From positions 299,026,001 through 299,090,000 of the forward strand of contig OZ024743.1 of assembly GCA_964016885.1 (NCBI GenBank): a stretch of DNA of 64,000 nt, given 5' to 3'. The position numbers and the translations under genes are program-made. The DNA is from Eledone cirrhosa. Lineage: Eukaryota. Positions 15,157 to 28,039 of the stretch are shown piece by piece; positions within the stretch are counted from its first letter, which is position 1; each line of letters starts with the position of its first letter. The notes below the pieces were generated by a model. The model was given only the letters and a program-made list of their open reading frames with translations, was not told the DNA's origin and made no database searches.

Positions 15157-15246
15157 CTGGTGCTAAACAACTATAATAGCATCATCTGGTGCTAAACAAC
15201 TATAATAGCATCATCTGGTGCTAAACAACTATAATAGCATCATCTA
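15157..15246 (+). repeat. 29-bp tandem repeat, three copies
   Basis: ctggtgctaaacaactataatagcatcat repeated three times. Confidence 0.9.
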
Positions 15247-15402
15247 CAAAAAACAAATTTTAAACGGATCAATGAAAACAATTATTTAAATTCACTTGTA
15301 TTAGGAATTATTCAGAAATATTCATTCGCGCCGAATGTTTTTATTGTTTTTTTTTTGTCATTCAAAAATACATTTAGACACTTCCAGGTACATTATACAC
15401 GA

Positions 15403-16310
15403 CGATATAGCTATTATACAGTTCAATTATTGCTTTTGATTTCGACGTCGTTCGATGTGAAAGGTGTCTAGAAATTATATCCTATTTCTATGACAGAATT
15501 TTTATTTCTTAGGCTGCTATTTTTTTGTCGGTGTTTCTTAGTAAATGCTTTGAAATACAAACAATAACGGTAATATCATCGAAGTATTCTATTATATCGA
15601 TACGATTTTGCCAGTTGAAAATTGTAGACATCAGTCTAAAGAAGAGTGATTAAAAATATCTCAATGCAATCATGAAGATTATCTCATCGTGACTGACGCT
15701 ATTATTATCAGCCCTATGTTTTTCATATTATTTTTTTTCGTTTGGTTTAGATTTTTATTACTATAACTGCTTCTGATTTTGTTTCTTTACTTCATGACTT
15801 TATTATTAGTTTTGTTTTATTTTCTTTCATTTTATTCCTGTATTAATGTTTCATTTTTCGAAAACAGGTCATACTTGTCAATTGATGAATATTGAACCAA
15901 AGTGTAGTGAAGTCTCGATAAACGTGAAAAAGAAAGAAGCCAAACGAAGAAGAGAAAGAACATTGTAAGGTACAAATATATAAAATCATAAAGGAATTAT
16001 GTTGAATCATCATACCAGTAGTGTAAAGAGTAGGAAAATGTTCTATTCAATGGAATTACATTGTACGTTATCTCAACACTTAGTGCCACAAACCTTATTT
16101 CTTTTGAATTACATTGTCAATAACAATCTTTCAGAAAGTTTCCCAGTAGAAAATCATAACTTTAGAAAGAATTTCAGATTAAAAGAACAAAAGGCATGTC
16201 TCCCTACTGTTGTAAATAGTTAGAAACTATTTTTTCTGAAGCTGGAAATTGAGAAAAGTAAAAGTACCATATGTATTTCTCAGGATACTACTACTACTAC
16301 TACTACTATG
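15403..16310 (+). repeat. ~0.9-kb dispersed duplication, copy 1 (copy 2 at 37547-38470)
   Basis: Long near-identical stretches, both ending in a (TAC)n tract. Confidence 0.9.
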
Positions 16311-16741
16311 CAGTTACTGTTATTATTGGAAAAGCATCAAGCAAATATATGGTGCATTGTACTGCAGGCCATATGCACTATATTCATTTATTTATTCAAT
16401 ACGTGTTGTATGATGTCGATTTTGAAAAATAAAAAATAGAAAAATATTTGAAACGTATATTTTGCTCGACCATTTAAAAACATTACGTAATTAAACCGGA
16501 TGTTATCGGGCGATCACGTTTTCCTTGTTCTGTCTTCTTATTGCGTTTTCCTTTGGTTTAGATTTTTAATTACTTTTCCTTTTATGGTTTTCTTCATATG
16601 TTGCTCCCGATTTTAAATGTCGCATACGTTAACTCTTCATAGCTCTCTGAAATAAAGTGCTTGTCAAATACTCGCGTTGATATCGATTTTCTCCTCCCCT
16701 AAAATTTGTTAGCAATGTGCCTAAGGTAGAAAATATCATTA

Positions 16742-17078
16742 GTGGATTTTCAGTATCGGTAGCGTCGGACATGCTTTGCGGCATTGAGTTATGGCCTTTT
16801 ACGTTCTGAGTTCAAATCCCACCGAGGTTAGCTTTACCTTTCATTCTTACCGGGTCGATAAAATAAAGCGCCAATAATTCACTGGGGTTGATTTAATTGA
16901 CTTTCCCCTTCTCCTCTTCAAATTGCTGGTCTTGTGCTTAAAATAGAAACAATTATGATTATTATTATTGGCGACGGATTGGCATTATCGGTAGAGCGCC
17001 GGGCAACATGCTTTGCAACATAGAGTTATGGCCTTTTAGGTTCTGAGTTCAAATCCCGCCGAGGTTAGCTTTGCCTTT
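16742..17078 (+). mobile_element. SINE (16742-16955) plus partial second SINE (16970-17078)
   Basis: A-box and B-box (gagttcaaatcc) heads and the central domain of the main SINE family. Confidence 0.8.
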
Positions 17079-17447
17079 GGAAAATGATTTCGACTGATTC
17101 GCATTAATCGGCCCGTTTTGTTGAGCACTTTTTGAACACTAGGATATATTCATCACTTCTACATATGGAACTATATCAGGTAAATTATTCCAACAAGAGC
17201 ATACCGACATACACCAATACTGCTTACTTTTAACGGTATCTTCAAACTCATTTAGGGTCTGAAGAATAGGTCGCTAATTTGATCCCTCTTACAATCTGGA
17301 GATATGGTGACAATTGGGCCCTCACACGTTAGATAGCAATTTTATATGAATATAAATAAATATCATATATCAGCTCTCACACCTGGTTGAGCATTGTTTT
17401 CCTCTTCTCCTTTTCACACTCACGGATGATTACTATATATATATATA

Positions 17448-18160
17448 AGAGAGTATTGAAGTTTGCTTGAAGCATTGTGAAATAATAAGGTAAATTTCTT
17501 TAAGTCGTTTGGAAGCCCCGACAATGCAAATGGGTAAATCTCCGGGTAACAAGATCCGGTGGTGGAGAGAGAGATGTAAGTGGGTGTACGTTGAGATGCG
17601 TAGCGTGTATAAGACGTGTAGCGGAATGAAGGAAAGAGCATAAAGGATAAAATAAAAATAACAACACGAGAGAGAGTTACCTTGGGAGAGATTTAATTGT
17701 CCCTATATATTTAGGATTCACATCCATCATCTGGGGGTTTTTTCCGGGGTGGGGGAAAGGTTGTCTGTCGGAAAGGTGCGAAACGCATCCTCCGCTGTTG
17801 TGCGAAACGCATCCTCCGCTGTTCGTTGTTTTGAATATTCAAAACAACGAACAGCGGAGGATGCGTTTCGCACCTTTCCGACAGACAACCTTTCCCCCAC
17901 CTCGGAAAAAACACCCAGTTGATGGATGTGAATCCGAAATATATAGAGACAATTAAATCTCTACCAAGGTAACTCTCTCTCGTGTTGTTATTTTTATTTT
18001 ATCCTTTATTCTCTTTCCTTCATTCCTCTACACGTCTTATATACGCCACGCATCTTAACGTACACCCACTTACATCTCTCTATCCACTACCGGATCTTGT
18101 TACCATGAGATTTACCCATTTGCATTGTCGAGGCTTCCAAACGACTTAAAGTAATTTACC
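17448..18160. mobile_element. Spacerless fold-back palindrome (~0.67 kb), PLE-terminus-like
   Basis: Arms 17489-17836 and 17837-18160 are reverse complements around ttgaatattcaa. About 40 extra nt on the left; (TA)n on both sides. Confidence 0.85.
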
Positions 18161-18244
18161 ATATATATATATATATATATATATAATAATTTTATAATGA
18201 AATGACAGGAGGCTGGATTTGTGTAAATCCTTGAAAGCTTTATT

Positions 18245-18302
18245 ATACTATGATCATTTCAATGACCGGGTTCCGTATGAATCCGGTGATATCATCAGGT
18301 AT
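18245..18302 (-). ncRNA. Minimal type I hammerhead ribozyme
   Basis: Minus strand: auac CUGAUGA [accgg...ccggu stem II] GAAA U GAUC A UA guau. Palindromic stem III, AUA triplet. Confidence 0.75.
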
Positions 18303-21176
18303 TCGAAATATAATACGTGAATGTAATAGATAAAATCCATGGGGCTGAAAATCGAGGACCCGAGGGCGACCGCTATTCTGTTCCTTCAACTTCAGCCGGT
18401 CGCCCTCGAGTGATGTGGCTAAAGTTTACAGTATGCTACTACCGGTCAGATAAACGAAAACAGAAAGGGATGGGAACATAAGTTAGCGTCAATCTCATGC
18501 CACAAGGTAAAAGAAAGAAAGAAAGGAAGGAGAGAGAAGAAGGGGGAAGAAAGAAGAAGAGAAGCCAGGGTTAATGTCAGCTAATAGAAGAAAGGCAACT
18601 ACTACCGGTCAGATATAGGCAAGCAAAAGGGGGAAAGAAGATAAGTCTGCGGGAGGAAGACAGGAAGAGGGGAGAAGAGAAGGAAGAGAAGAGAAGGAAG
18701 AGAAGAGAGAAGTAGAAAAGTAAGGGTTGATGGCTACAAGAAGGAAGATAGAAAGAAAGAGGAAGAAAGGTCGATATTAATGTCAGACCACAGTCAGGCC
18801 AGGAGTGGCGCGAGAAAATTTTCACAGGGACCCGCATCTTAGCAGAGGTGAATATATTGGGAGTCAGTGTGTTACAATGTTTAGACTTATAGGATGAAGT
18901 TAAAAAATTAATAATCAATATTCAATATTAAAGAGGTTAGAGAATTTAAAGTTCAACAGTTTAACATTTTCAGGTTGATAAATCTAATAGTTCCGATTTG
19001 TTCTGTAATTTAAAGGTACTATGTGGCGGTTAAAACACCGGCCGCGCCCCGGGCCCCATGGCGCATTAAGCCACGCCGAGTATTTTCATTTACCAAAAGA
19101 AGGGGAAATTTATTTTTCCAAGCACTCCAGGTAAGCTCGTGCGCCAGGGAGCCGGTCGCGCCGCCATTAAAACCCACCCAACAGTCCGACAGAAAGTTGG
19201 AACTTTAAAATATTGCTTAGAGAAGTAGAAAAGTAAGGGTTGATGGCTACAAGAAGGAAGATAGAAAGAAAGAGGAAGAAAGGTCGATATTAATGTCAGA
19301 CCACTGTCAGGCCAAGAGTGGTGCGAGAAAATTTTCACAGGGACCCGCATCTTAGCAGAGATGAATATATTGGGAGTCAGTGTGTTACAATGTTTAGACT
19401 TATAGGATGAAGTTAAAAAATTAATAATCAATATTCAATATTAAAGAGGTTAGACAATTTAAAGTTCAACAGTTTAACATTTTCAGGTTGATATATCTAA
19501 TAGTTCCGATTCCTTCTGTAATTTAAAGGTACTATGTGGCGGTACACCGGCCGCGCCCCGGGCCCCATGGCGAATTAAGCTACGCCGAGTATTTTCATTT
19601 ACCGAAAGAAGGGGAAATTTATTTTTCCAAGCACTCCAGGTAAGTTCGTGCGCCAGGGGGCTGGTCGCGCCGCCATTAAAACCCACCCAGCAGTCCGACA
19701 GAAAGTTGGAACTTTAAAATATTGCTTAACTTTATCGGATGAAGTTGAAAGAATTCAGAATAACATTATAAAATTAAAGAGTAAGAAGATTGAGAATTGA
19801 ACAAACAGAAAATTGAAGATTAAACATTCAAATAACTTCTATGAGGTTTTGGGTTGCGGGATTTAATTAAAGAGAGTCTTTTATGAAGAAACGTTAATTG
19901 TATTATGTAGATCTGTAATTTATCCTAGTGGGATGTAGAGTACGGGATATAGTCGTGTAATATTTATTTTTGTTCTCAGGAGGAGACATTCTAGTGTCGT
20001 GTGCTAATGGGTACAAGTCCCAATGTGAGGGGTAGAAATACATGGATACATAGAAGTGGAAAACGTGGAAGAGCACATTGGTACAGCAACGGTATAAATA
20101 TATAAACATATCAATATATAGGTATAAATATGTAAATAAACCAACAAGAGTGGTGTTGGAGTAAGATGGAGAAATCAAGACATAGGAGAATTACAATATA
20201 GTTCAGGTTGCCGTATTTATGTTCCCGGGGAGGGGGGGGGGGGGAGACAATCTTGTGTCGTGTGCTAAGGGTACACGCGAGTAAAAGTCCGAATAAGGGA
20301 AGTAAAAAGTACATGGATGTATAGAGGTAGAGTACGTGGAAAGGCATTAATACAGCAAATAAAGATGTGAAGATATAAATAAACAAACAAGACTCATTGT
20401 CTAGTAAATGGAGAGTTCAAGTCACAGGAGAAATACAATATAGTTCAGGTTGCAGTATTTATGTTCCCAGGGGGAGATATTCCAGTGTCGTGTGCTAAGG
20501 GTACACACGAGTAAAAGTCCGAATAAGGGAAGTAGAAAGTACATGGATGTATAGAGGTAGAAATCGTGGAGAAGCATTAATACAGCAAATAAAGATGTAA
20601 AGATATAAATAAACAAACAAGAGTCGTTGTCTATTAAATGGAGAGTTCAAGACACAGGAGAAATACAATATAGTTCAAGTTGCAGTCAGATAATGCATAT
20701 AGATGTGGAAACAGTGTGTGTTCGAGTCTGGGAATTCAGTGTGAGTTATACATGCCCAGAAGTATAGGGTAGCGATTTAGTTAATACAGTGCAGTACAAT
20801 ACATGTTATGGTCTAATCCGTGGAGTTTCGTCGAAGTTCGAATATTCTGAGAGGGGAGTAGCAATGGGCCAGGCGAAAACACCGAGTAGCCAAAGTTCGA
20901 ATTGTGGTTAGATATATTCAGTCCCATGCCGCTGTTCATTATTACATTTTGAAGTGCTCAACATTTCAGGAGCATTATTTATTCGGGTTTGAGGTTCACC
21001 ACTGTATAGAGCTGGTCTATTCCGTATGGTCAATCGTAATGCAATAATATAGAGAGTACTCAACGTAAAGCAGTTCAACCATCTTTGTTTTTGTAGTTGG
21101 TGGTGCTATTACGGAGTTAAATATTATAATGAAATGACAGGAGGCTGGATTTGTGTAAATCCTTGAAAGGTTTATT

Positions 21177-21234
21177 ATACTATGATCATTTCAATGACCG
21201 GGTTCCGTATGAATCCGGTGATATCATCAGGTAT
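21177..21234 (-). ncRNA. Minimal type I hammerhead ribozyme (second copy)
   Basis: Same sequence as the 18245-18302 motif. Confidence 0.75.
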
Positions 21235-21276
21235 TCGAAATATAATACGTGAATACAGTGGTGAACTCAAACCCGA

Positions 21277-21326
<50 letters not shown>

Positions 21327-21339
21327 TGAGAGTGAGAGT

Positions 21340-21690
21340 GAGAGAGCGCGGGACAGAGAGATAGAACAAGCAACCAAACAATGACATGTGAATAAACGTA
21401 TGAATAAAAACACACAAGACCCGAATAGAACGCAAGCTGCGCTCGCAGCTCACAAAAGCAAGATGGTATAGGAGAGAACAAAGGTAGTAACTGAGGAGTT
21501 CCCAGAATGTGTGACAAAAGTGCTTTGGCAATCAACAACTAAACAACCATCTGGTTATCAAACTCATCGAGCGGGAATTTATAACAAATTGAAGTGATAA
21601 TCAACTGGAGAGTGTATTTTTATTGGCAGCATGACCCTGTCAAAGTATGACTATATCTGTTTCAATACACGTTTTCAAATAAGACGTCTT
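21340..21690 (+). mobile_element. Diverged 3' end of PLE family A
   Basis: Similar to 25780-26180 (aaccatctggtt; attggcagcatgaccct; acacgttttca), with a decayed HHR at ~21490. Confidence 0.65.
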
Positions 21691-21750
21691 TCAAAACAAA
21701 TATAGAAATGAAGTATATATACTTCATTTTTATATTTGTTTTTAAAGATA

Positions 21751-21921
<171 letters not shown>

Positions 21922-21937
21922 TATATATATATATTTC

Positions 21938-22514
21938 AGACTCGAAACCGATTCGGTAAAGGTAACCAAAGTGAGTAAAGTTATTTTTTAAAATTTATTT
22001 TTAAAATTTTTCTTATTTGCTAAACCTTGATTATATATGTTCTGGCTCGTTAATTTATTAACCTGCCATTGAACCACATTGGCATATGGTTGGACAATAC
22101 ATGTTTCCCTGAACGTTTTGTGTGTGTAGGGATATATATACTTTATTATTAATCTCCTCTTGGTCGAGAAAAAAAGTTGGTCGTTCTGACTGCTGCTAGT
22201 TATAATTGTAGTAAGTTGACCTCCCTGCTTTTGCTTCTATTTTTACACACGGTTCTTGAAAGAATTGCTCCCACATCATTCATTCTCATTTCGGGAACAA
22301 TTTTGAATAGCGCCAGTTCGTAATTTGAACTCGGGAATTTTATATTCTTCGAGTGAAAAGATCCTTCTGACGAGTGTTTATCTTTGCAACGGATGCCGTA
22401 TGTACTGTCCGTTTATTTTTGAGACTCGAAACCGATTCGGTAAAGGTAACCAAAGTGAGTAAAGTAAATTTTTTAAAATTTATTTTGAAACTTTTTCTTA
22501 TTTGCTAAACCTTG

Positions 22515-22518
<4 letters not shown>
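21938..22518 (+). mobile_element. Retrozyme-like non-coding unit with ~95-bp terminal direct repeat (period ~484 nt)
   Basis: agactcgaaaccgattcggtaaagg...ccttgattata at 21938 and 22422; (TA)n on both sides. Confidence 0.7.
22363..22446 (+). ncRNA. Type I hammerhead ribozyme
   Basis: ccuu CUGACGA [long imperfect stem II] GAAA CCG auu CGG UA aagg; GUA triplet. Confidence 0.75.
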
Positions 22519-22566
<48 letters not shown>

Positions 22567-22712
22567 TGTTATACTTTGGGAGGGTCATGTTGCCAATAAG
22601 AAACACACGCACCAGTTGCTTTCACTTCAATTTATTATAATACATTTATAAATTTAGGAATTTATAAATTTCCGGTTGGTTGGTTCCACAACCAGATGGT
22701 TGTTTATATATT

Positions 22713-22755
22713 GTCAAAGTTCTTTCGTCACACATTCTGTGACCTCTTCAGTGAC
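22713..22755 (-). ncRNA. Minimal HHR in PLE-A 3' repeat
   Basis: guca CUGAAGA g GUCAC..GUGAC GAAA G aa C UU ugac. Confidence 0.6.
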
Positions 22756-23050
22756 TGGGAATTCTTTTCTTTGTTTTTGTGCCTCTGCTTTGTTCTGTCC
22801 TATGGCATTTTTTTTCTGTGTGTGTGTGTTGTGTGCTCGGTCTGCGCATGCGCCACATCCGGGTGTTTGTGTGTGTTTATATTCGTTTATTTATTTGTTT
22901 ATTTACATGTTACAGGTTGATTGTTTGTTCTATGTGCGTGTGTGTTTTCATTTTGTCCTTAATTGTAAGTTGTCATGTTGCTGTTCCACTCATGTTTTCT
23001 ATTTACTTTTGGTTGTAATTCTTTTATGTTTATTGCCTCAGTTACATTTT

Positions 23051-25069
23051 TTATCTATACAGGGGGGGGGGGGGGCTTTGAAAAGGGTATGTCTTGCTAA
23101 TAAGTGTTTTTACGGAGGTACCTGGTATTTCTACTATCTTAATATTGAGTTTATATTTATCTAGGGCCCTTCTAAATTTGTAAGCTAATTCACCTCTAGG
23201 GGTTGTATCGATGAATATTACACTCTGGTATTTATTGCTATCATACCATGAGTTTATTCTATTAGCCTTATTCCTAGTTCTTTCTATTCTATTCCAAAAT
23301 GTGCTCCTATACAAGGGACAGGTCCCATTGGTGTCATTATTTACCATTTTTTTCCCATTTGGTTCTGGCTCCTCTATACACTGTGATTTTATCTCTCTGA
23401 TTGTAACCAGAGAAGTGCATACCGTGGATGAAGTGTTGTATGTGTCTCTATAGTTCTTCGGGGTTGCACATGCGGGACACGTTTCTCATCACCCGTACCA
23501 AATCCGCAATCAGTATGTTGATTTTGGTATGGTCCGAAACAGCTGAGTTTCGCTGGATCAGATATTGGAAGTCATGGGTTTGGCATAATGGGAATGGAGG
23601 ATTTGTTTTTTGTTATTAATGGTATCTAACCAGAGCTCTGTGTCTAGTACAGGTAATCGATGGTTGGGGTGTTTACTTGGGTAGTCTATAGTAACTCTAA
23701 TACTCTGGTGGATGGAGTTAGCTATTTGCTGGATGCTTTCCATTGTGTTTTTCTCTAATTCCTGACTGTTCTCTAGTGGGGGTATTTTAACTACGAATTG
23801 TATATCAGTGGGGGTATTTTAACTACGATTTGTATATCATCAACGTAACGGGAGTACATTATCAGGTTTAAGGGGTCTTCTAATTGTTCTTTAAGTTTAA
23901 GTTTAAGTCTACTGTCCCACCATACCATGAATAAGTTAGCTATGTTGCCTGCAATGCTAACACCAATGGCTGCTCCTTCCGCTTGGGCATATGTTTTTCC
24001 ATTAAATTTGAACATATATTCCTTAAGGGTTAATTTTATGCTGGCCCCCACCGCATGTGCAATCATTTTCTTTAGTTCATCGACGTTTTCGGGTGTCCGT
24101 ATGGCTCTGGTCCACCCGTTCCATCTATCTATGTGGGTTTTCTTGGCCATTGAGGTAATGGTAGGTGGTCTGCCTCTTGCTGGTCTTGTAGGGCACAGGT
24201 TGCTAAGGTCATATGTGTCTAGGTAACTATTACTATAGGTAAGTTTAAGTAGGGGTCCCAGCTCACTGGTATCAATCCCACGGAACTCAACATTGCTCTC
24301 ACTGATAATTTCTACGCATTTCTCCACAGCAAAATCCACATCAATAGATGGATACAGGGACACAACATCCATACTACCTATTATGCAGTTTTTTAGGTCC
24401 CTAGATCGGTTACCCTTGCCGATTCTGCTGAGGAGGTCCTCCGTGCTGTCACATACATCTGGGGACATTTCAATGGTGGGGGGTATGATCAGGGAGAGGA
24501 AGTAGGACAGTCTGTAGTTACTAGCAATGTTAGCTCCACAGACTGGCCGTGTTGGTGGTCCCGTGACAGGGTCACTGCCCGTTTTATGGTCTTTTCGAAG
24601 CCCATACAACGCCGGCACGTCATTCTTCCAAGCCTGTAAGTTGTTTGCAGTCCTTTTGTTGGGCTGCATTATATTCGTCCACATCACCATATGGGCATTG
24701 AGGGCTTTTTCTCTATCCTCATGCTCTTGTGGTGTTACTTCTCTTGCATTAGTGATGTGGGGTTGCATTGCCTGGATGTAGTTTAGCAGGCTTTCAACCG
24801 ACATTTTGCCAGACTTGTCTGTTGGAAAGCATGCTATCTCTCCATTACGCAAGCGCTGCATGAGCTTACGCAAGCCATTTGCAGATTTCTTCTCCCAGTT
24901 GCTGGATCTCCATTCTATGATGCTTCTTGCTATACTGTTCTATAATATTTCTAAGTTCGGATCTAGCTATACTAAATTGTGCTTCTGTTTGTTCATCTAC
25001 CTGCGACGGCAATTGCGTGCGTTTGTTAAATGGTAAAGTCGTGGCGTGGACTCGTCGCAGATCGAACAA
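23051..25069 (-). pseudogene. Penelope-like reverse transcriptase (disrupted)
   Basis: ORF 23791-24873 with TDKSGK, RPVC, SMDVVSLYPSI, QAEGAAIG and RYVDD. Thumb fragments (LPVLD) follow. A ~30-bp duplication at ~23780-23835 breaks the frame. Confidence 0.9.
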
Positions 25070-25099
25070 CTTATCGGAGGAATTATAAAAAGTAGAGTT

Positions 25100-25750
25100 C
25101 CCGGTACGTTGATGATATAAACATCGTAGTTAAAACACCCCGACTAGAGAACAGTCAGGAAATAGAGAAAAACGCAATGGAAAGCATCCAGCAAATAGCT
25201 AACTCCATCCACCAGAGTATTAGAGTTACTATAGACTACCCAAGTAAACACCCCAACCATCGATTACATGTACTAGACACAGAGTTCTGGTTAGATAGTA
25301 GAAAGACCAGGTACCTCCGTAAAAACACTTATTAGCGAGACATACCCTTTTCAAAGACCCCCCCCCCCTGTATAGATAAAAAATGTATAACCTGTAAATT
25401 AAGCCCCCATATTAACTGTAAAACTAGAAATGTAGTATATAGCATAAGATGTACTGAAGGACAATGTAGAGACAAAAATATAGTGTACATAGGTGAGACA
25501 GCTCGTAGTGTAGGGGATCGGATAAATGAACACTGGCGAGACCTTCAAGATAGTAAAGAATCATCTGTACTCTACCAACATGCTTAAATAGAACATATGG
25601 GTAAATTAGAGAACATAGAAATAAAAATAGAATCTACACACAGAAAAGACGCAATGTTTAGACAAATCACTGAGGCAATAAACATAAAAGAATTACAACC
25701 AAAATTAAATAGAAAACATGAGTGGAACAGCAACATGACAACTTACAATT
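25100..25750 (+). pseudogene. PLE-A RT end plus GIY-YIG endonuclease (internally deleted)
   Basis: RYVDDINIVV..., a deletion, then NVVYSIRC...VYIGETARS...EHW. Confidence 0.85.
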
Positions 25751-25949
25751 AAGGACAATATGTAAACACACACGCACATAGAACAAACAACCAACCTGTA
25801 ACATGTAAATAAACAAATAAACGAATATAAACACACACAGACTCCCAGATGTGGCGCATGCGCAGACCGAGCACCCAACACACACACAGAAACAAAATGC
25901 CGTAGGACAGAACAAAGGAGAGGCACAAAAACAAAGAAAAGAATCCCCA

Positions 25950-25992
25950 GTCACTGAAGAGGTCACAGAATGTGTGACGAAAGAACTTTGAC
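25950..25992 (+). ncRNA. Minimal HHR in PLE-A 3' repeat
   Basis: Same motif as 22713-22755. Confidence 0.6.
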
Positions 25993-26178
25993 AATATATA
26001 GACAACCATCTGGTTGTGGAACCAACCAACCAACCGGAAATTTATAAATTCCTAAATTTATAAATTTATTATAATAAATTGAAGTGAAAGCTCTGGTGCG
26101 TGTGTTTCTTATTGGCAACATGACCCTCCCAAAGTATAACAATATCGGTATCAACACACGTTTTCAGATAAAGAAACG

Positions 26179-26235
<57 letters not shown>

Positions 26236-26714
26236 TTAAAAGAGGAAACACGGGTAAGCATTAAGTGAAGTATTTTATCCAGTTATTTACGACCGTTTCA
26301 TTGGTAAGTGCAACCTTATATTGCTATACTGCAAATAGCAGCCACTCAATAATAATTGTTGTTCACAGTCCAAATTTTTAAAATAGTAAGTTACTCTTGA
26401 AATAATTCTTAATATATAGAGAAAAACATTTATTTGGAATTGTATTTACTAGTATAGAGAGAGAGGAATCAGAAGGTGAGGGGACAAACGGAATAGTATA
26501 GAGAGAGAGGAAGGGGGAAGAGGTAGGAAGTAGATTGACAAACTGAGATGGAGGGAGGGGTAGAGGTGGAAGGATTCTTTGGTCTTTTGATAGCAGACTT
26601 CATGTCGTGGAATGTAGTGAGTTAAAGAGAATTAAATTGATCATAGTGGGAGGGATGGATAGAGAGGGAGAGAGAGAGGGGGGAGTTATAAAGAGATAAA
26701 TATATATATATATA

Positions 26715-27967
26715 CTGATTGCGGATTTGGTACGGGTGATGAGAAATGTGTCCCGCATGTGCAACCCCGAAGAACTAGAGAGACACATACAACACTTCAT
26801 CCACCGTATGCAGTTCTCTGGCTACAATCAGAGAGATAGAATCAGAGTGTATAGAGGAGCCAGAACTAAATGAGAAAAAATGGTAAATAATGACATAAAT
26901 GGGACCTGCCCCTTGTATAGGAGCAAATTTTGGAATAGAATAGAAAGAACTAGGAACAAGGCCAATAGAATAAACTCATGGTATGATAGCAATAAATACC
27001 AGAGTGTAATGTTCATCAATACAACCCCTAGAGGCGAACTAGCCTACAAATTTAGAAGGGCCCTAAATAAACATAAACTCAATATTAAGATAGTAGAAAG
27101 ACCAGGTACCTCCGTAAAAACACTTATTAGCAAGACATACCCGTTCCAAAGACCCTCATGTATAGATAAGAAATGTATAACCTGTAAAATAAGCCCCCAT
27201 ATTAACTGTAAAACTAGAAATGTAGTGTATAGCATAAGATGTACTGAAAGACAATGTAGAAGCAAAAATATAGTGTACATAGGTGAGACAGCTCGTAGTA
27301 TAGAGGAACGAATAAATGAACACTGGCGAGACCTTCAAGATAATAAAGAATCATCTGTGCTCTACCAACATGCTAAGATAGAACACAGGGGTAGATTAGA
27401 GAACATAGAAATAAAAATAGAATCCACACACAGAAAAGATGCTATGTTTAGGCAAATTACAGAGGCAGTAAGCATAAAAGAATTACAACCAAAATTAAAT
27501 AGAAAATATGAGTGGAACAGCAACATCACAACTTACAATTAAGGACAAAATGAAAACACACACACACATAGAACAAACAACCAACCAATAATAAATAAAT
27601 AAAAAAATAAAAATAAATAAATAAATAAACAAATAGATAAATGAACACAAACACACACAGACACCCGGATGTGGCGCATGCGCAAACTGAGCACACAACA
27701 CACACACAGAAACAAAATGGCGTAGGATAGAAGAAAGGAAAGGCACAGAAACAAAGAAAGGAATCCCCAGTCACTGAAGAGGTCACAGAGTGTGTGACGA
27801 AAGGACTATGACTATATATAAACAACTATCTGGTTGTGGAACCAACCAACCAGAAATTTATAAGTTTGTAGATTTGTAAATTTATAAATTTATAAATATA
27901 TAATAAATTGAAGTGAAAGCAACTGGTGCGTGTGTTTCTTATTGGCAACATGACCCTCCCAAAGTAT

Positions 27968-27972
<5 letters not shown>
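26715..27972 (+). mobile_element. 5'-truncated PLE-A copy with open GIY-YIG ORF (26880-27542)
   Basis: ORF has C-x4-C-x2-C, then VVYSIRC..YIGETARS..RINEH..E..LN. Same 3' UTR as other copies, (TA)n flanks. Confidence 0.9.
27769..27813 (+). ncRNA. Minimal HHR in PLE-A 3' repeat
   Basis: aguca CUGAAGA g GUCAC..GUGAC GAAA G ga C UA ugacu; 5-bp stem I, CUA triplet. Confidence 0.65.

Positions 27973-28039
<67 letters not shown>

Larger units (their letters stand above)
18190..21282 (-). mobile_element. Candidate non-coding element bounded by ~130-bp HHR-bearing direct repeats
   Basis: Near-identical repeats at ~18192-18322 and ~21124-21254, (TA)n at both ends. Internal ~510-bp duplication (18707-19727) and ~235-bp subrepeats (19950-20690). 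No RT recognised. Confidence 0.65.
22563..26180. mobile_element. PLE family A: inverted pair (minus arm 22563-~25075, plus arm ~25100-26180)
   Basis: The two 3' UTRs are reverse complements. RT on the minus arm, YVDD region and GIY-YIG on the plus arm, (TA)n flanks. Confidence 0.9.

Noticed and set aside
15157-15246. 29-bp repeats as a CRISPR-like array
   Set aside because: No spacers; simple tandem repeat in eukaryotic DNA.
16742-16830. tRNA gene
   Set aside because: The A/B boxes belong to SINE heads; no cloverleaf.
26280-26380. Minus-strand GAAACGGUC near (TA)n
   Set aside because: No intact core and no matching stem I; possibly a decayed HHR but not supportable.
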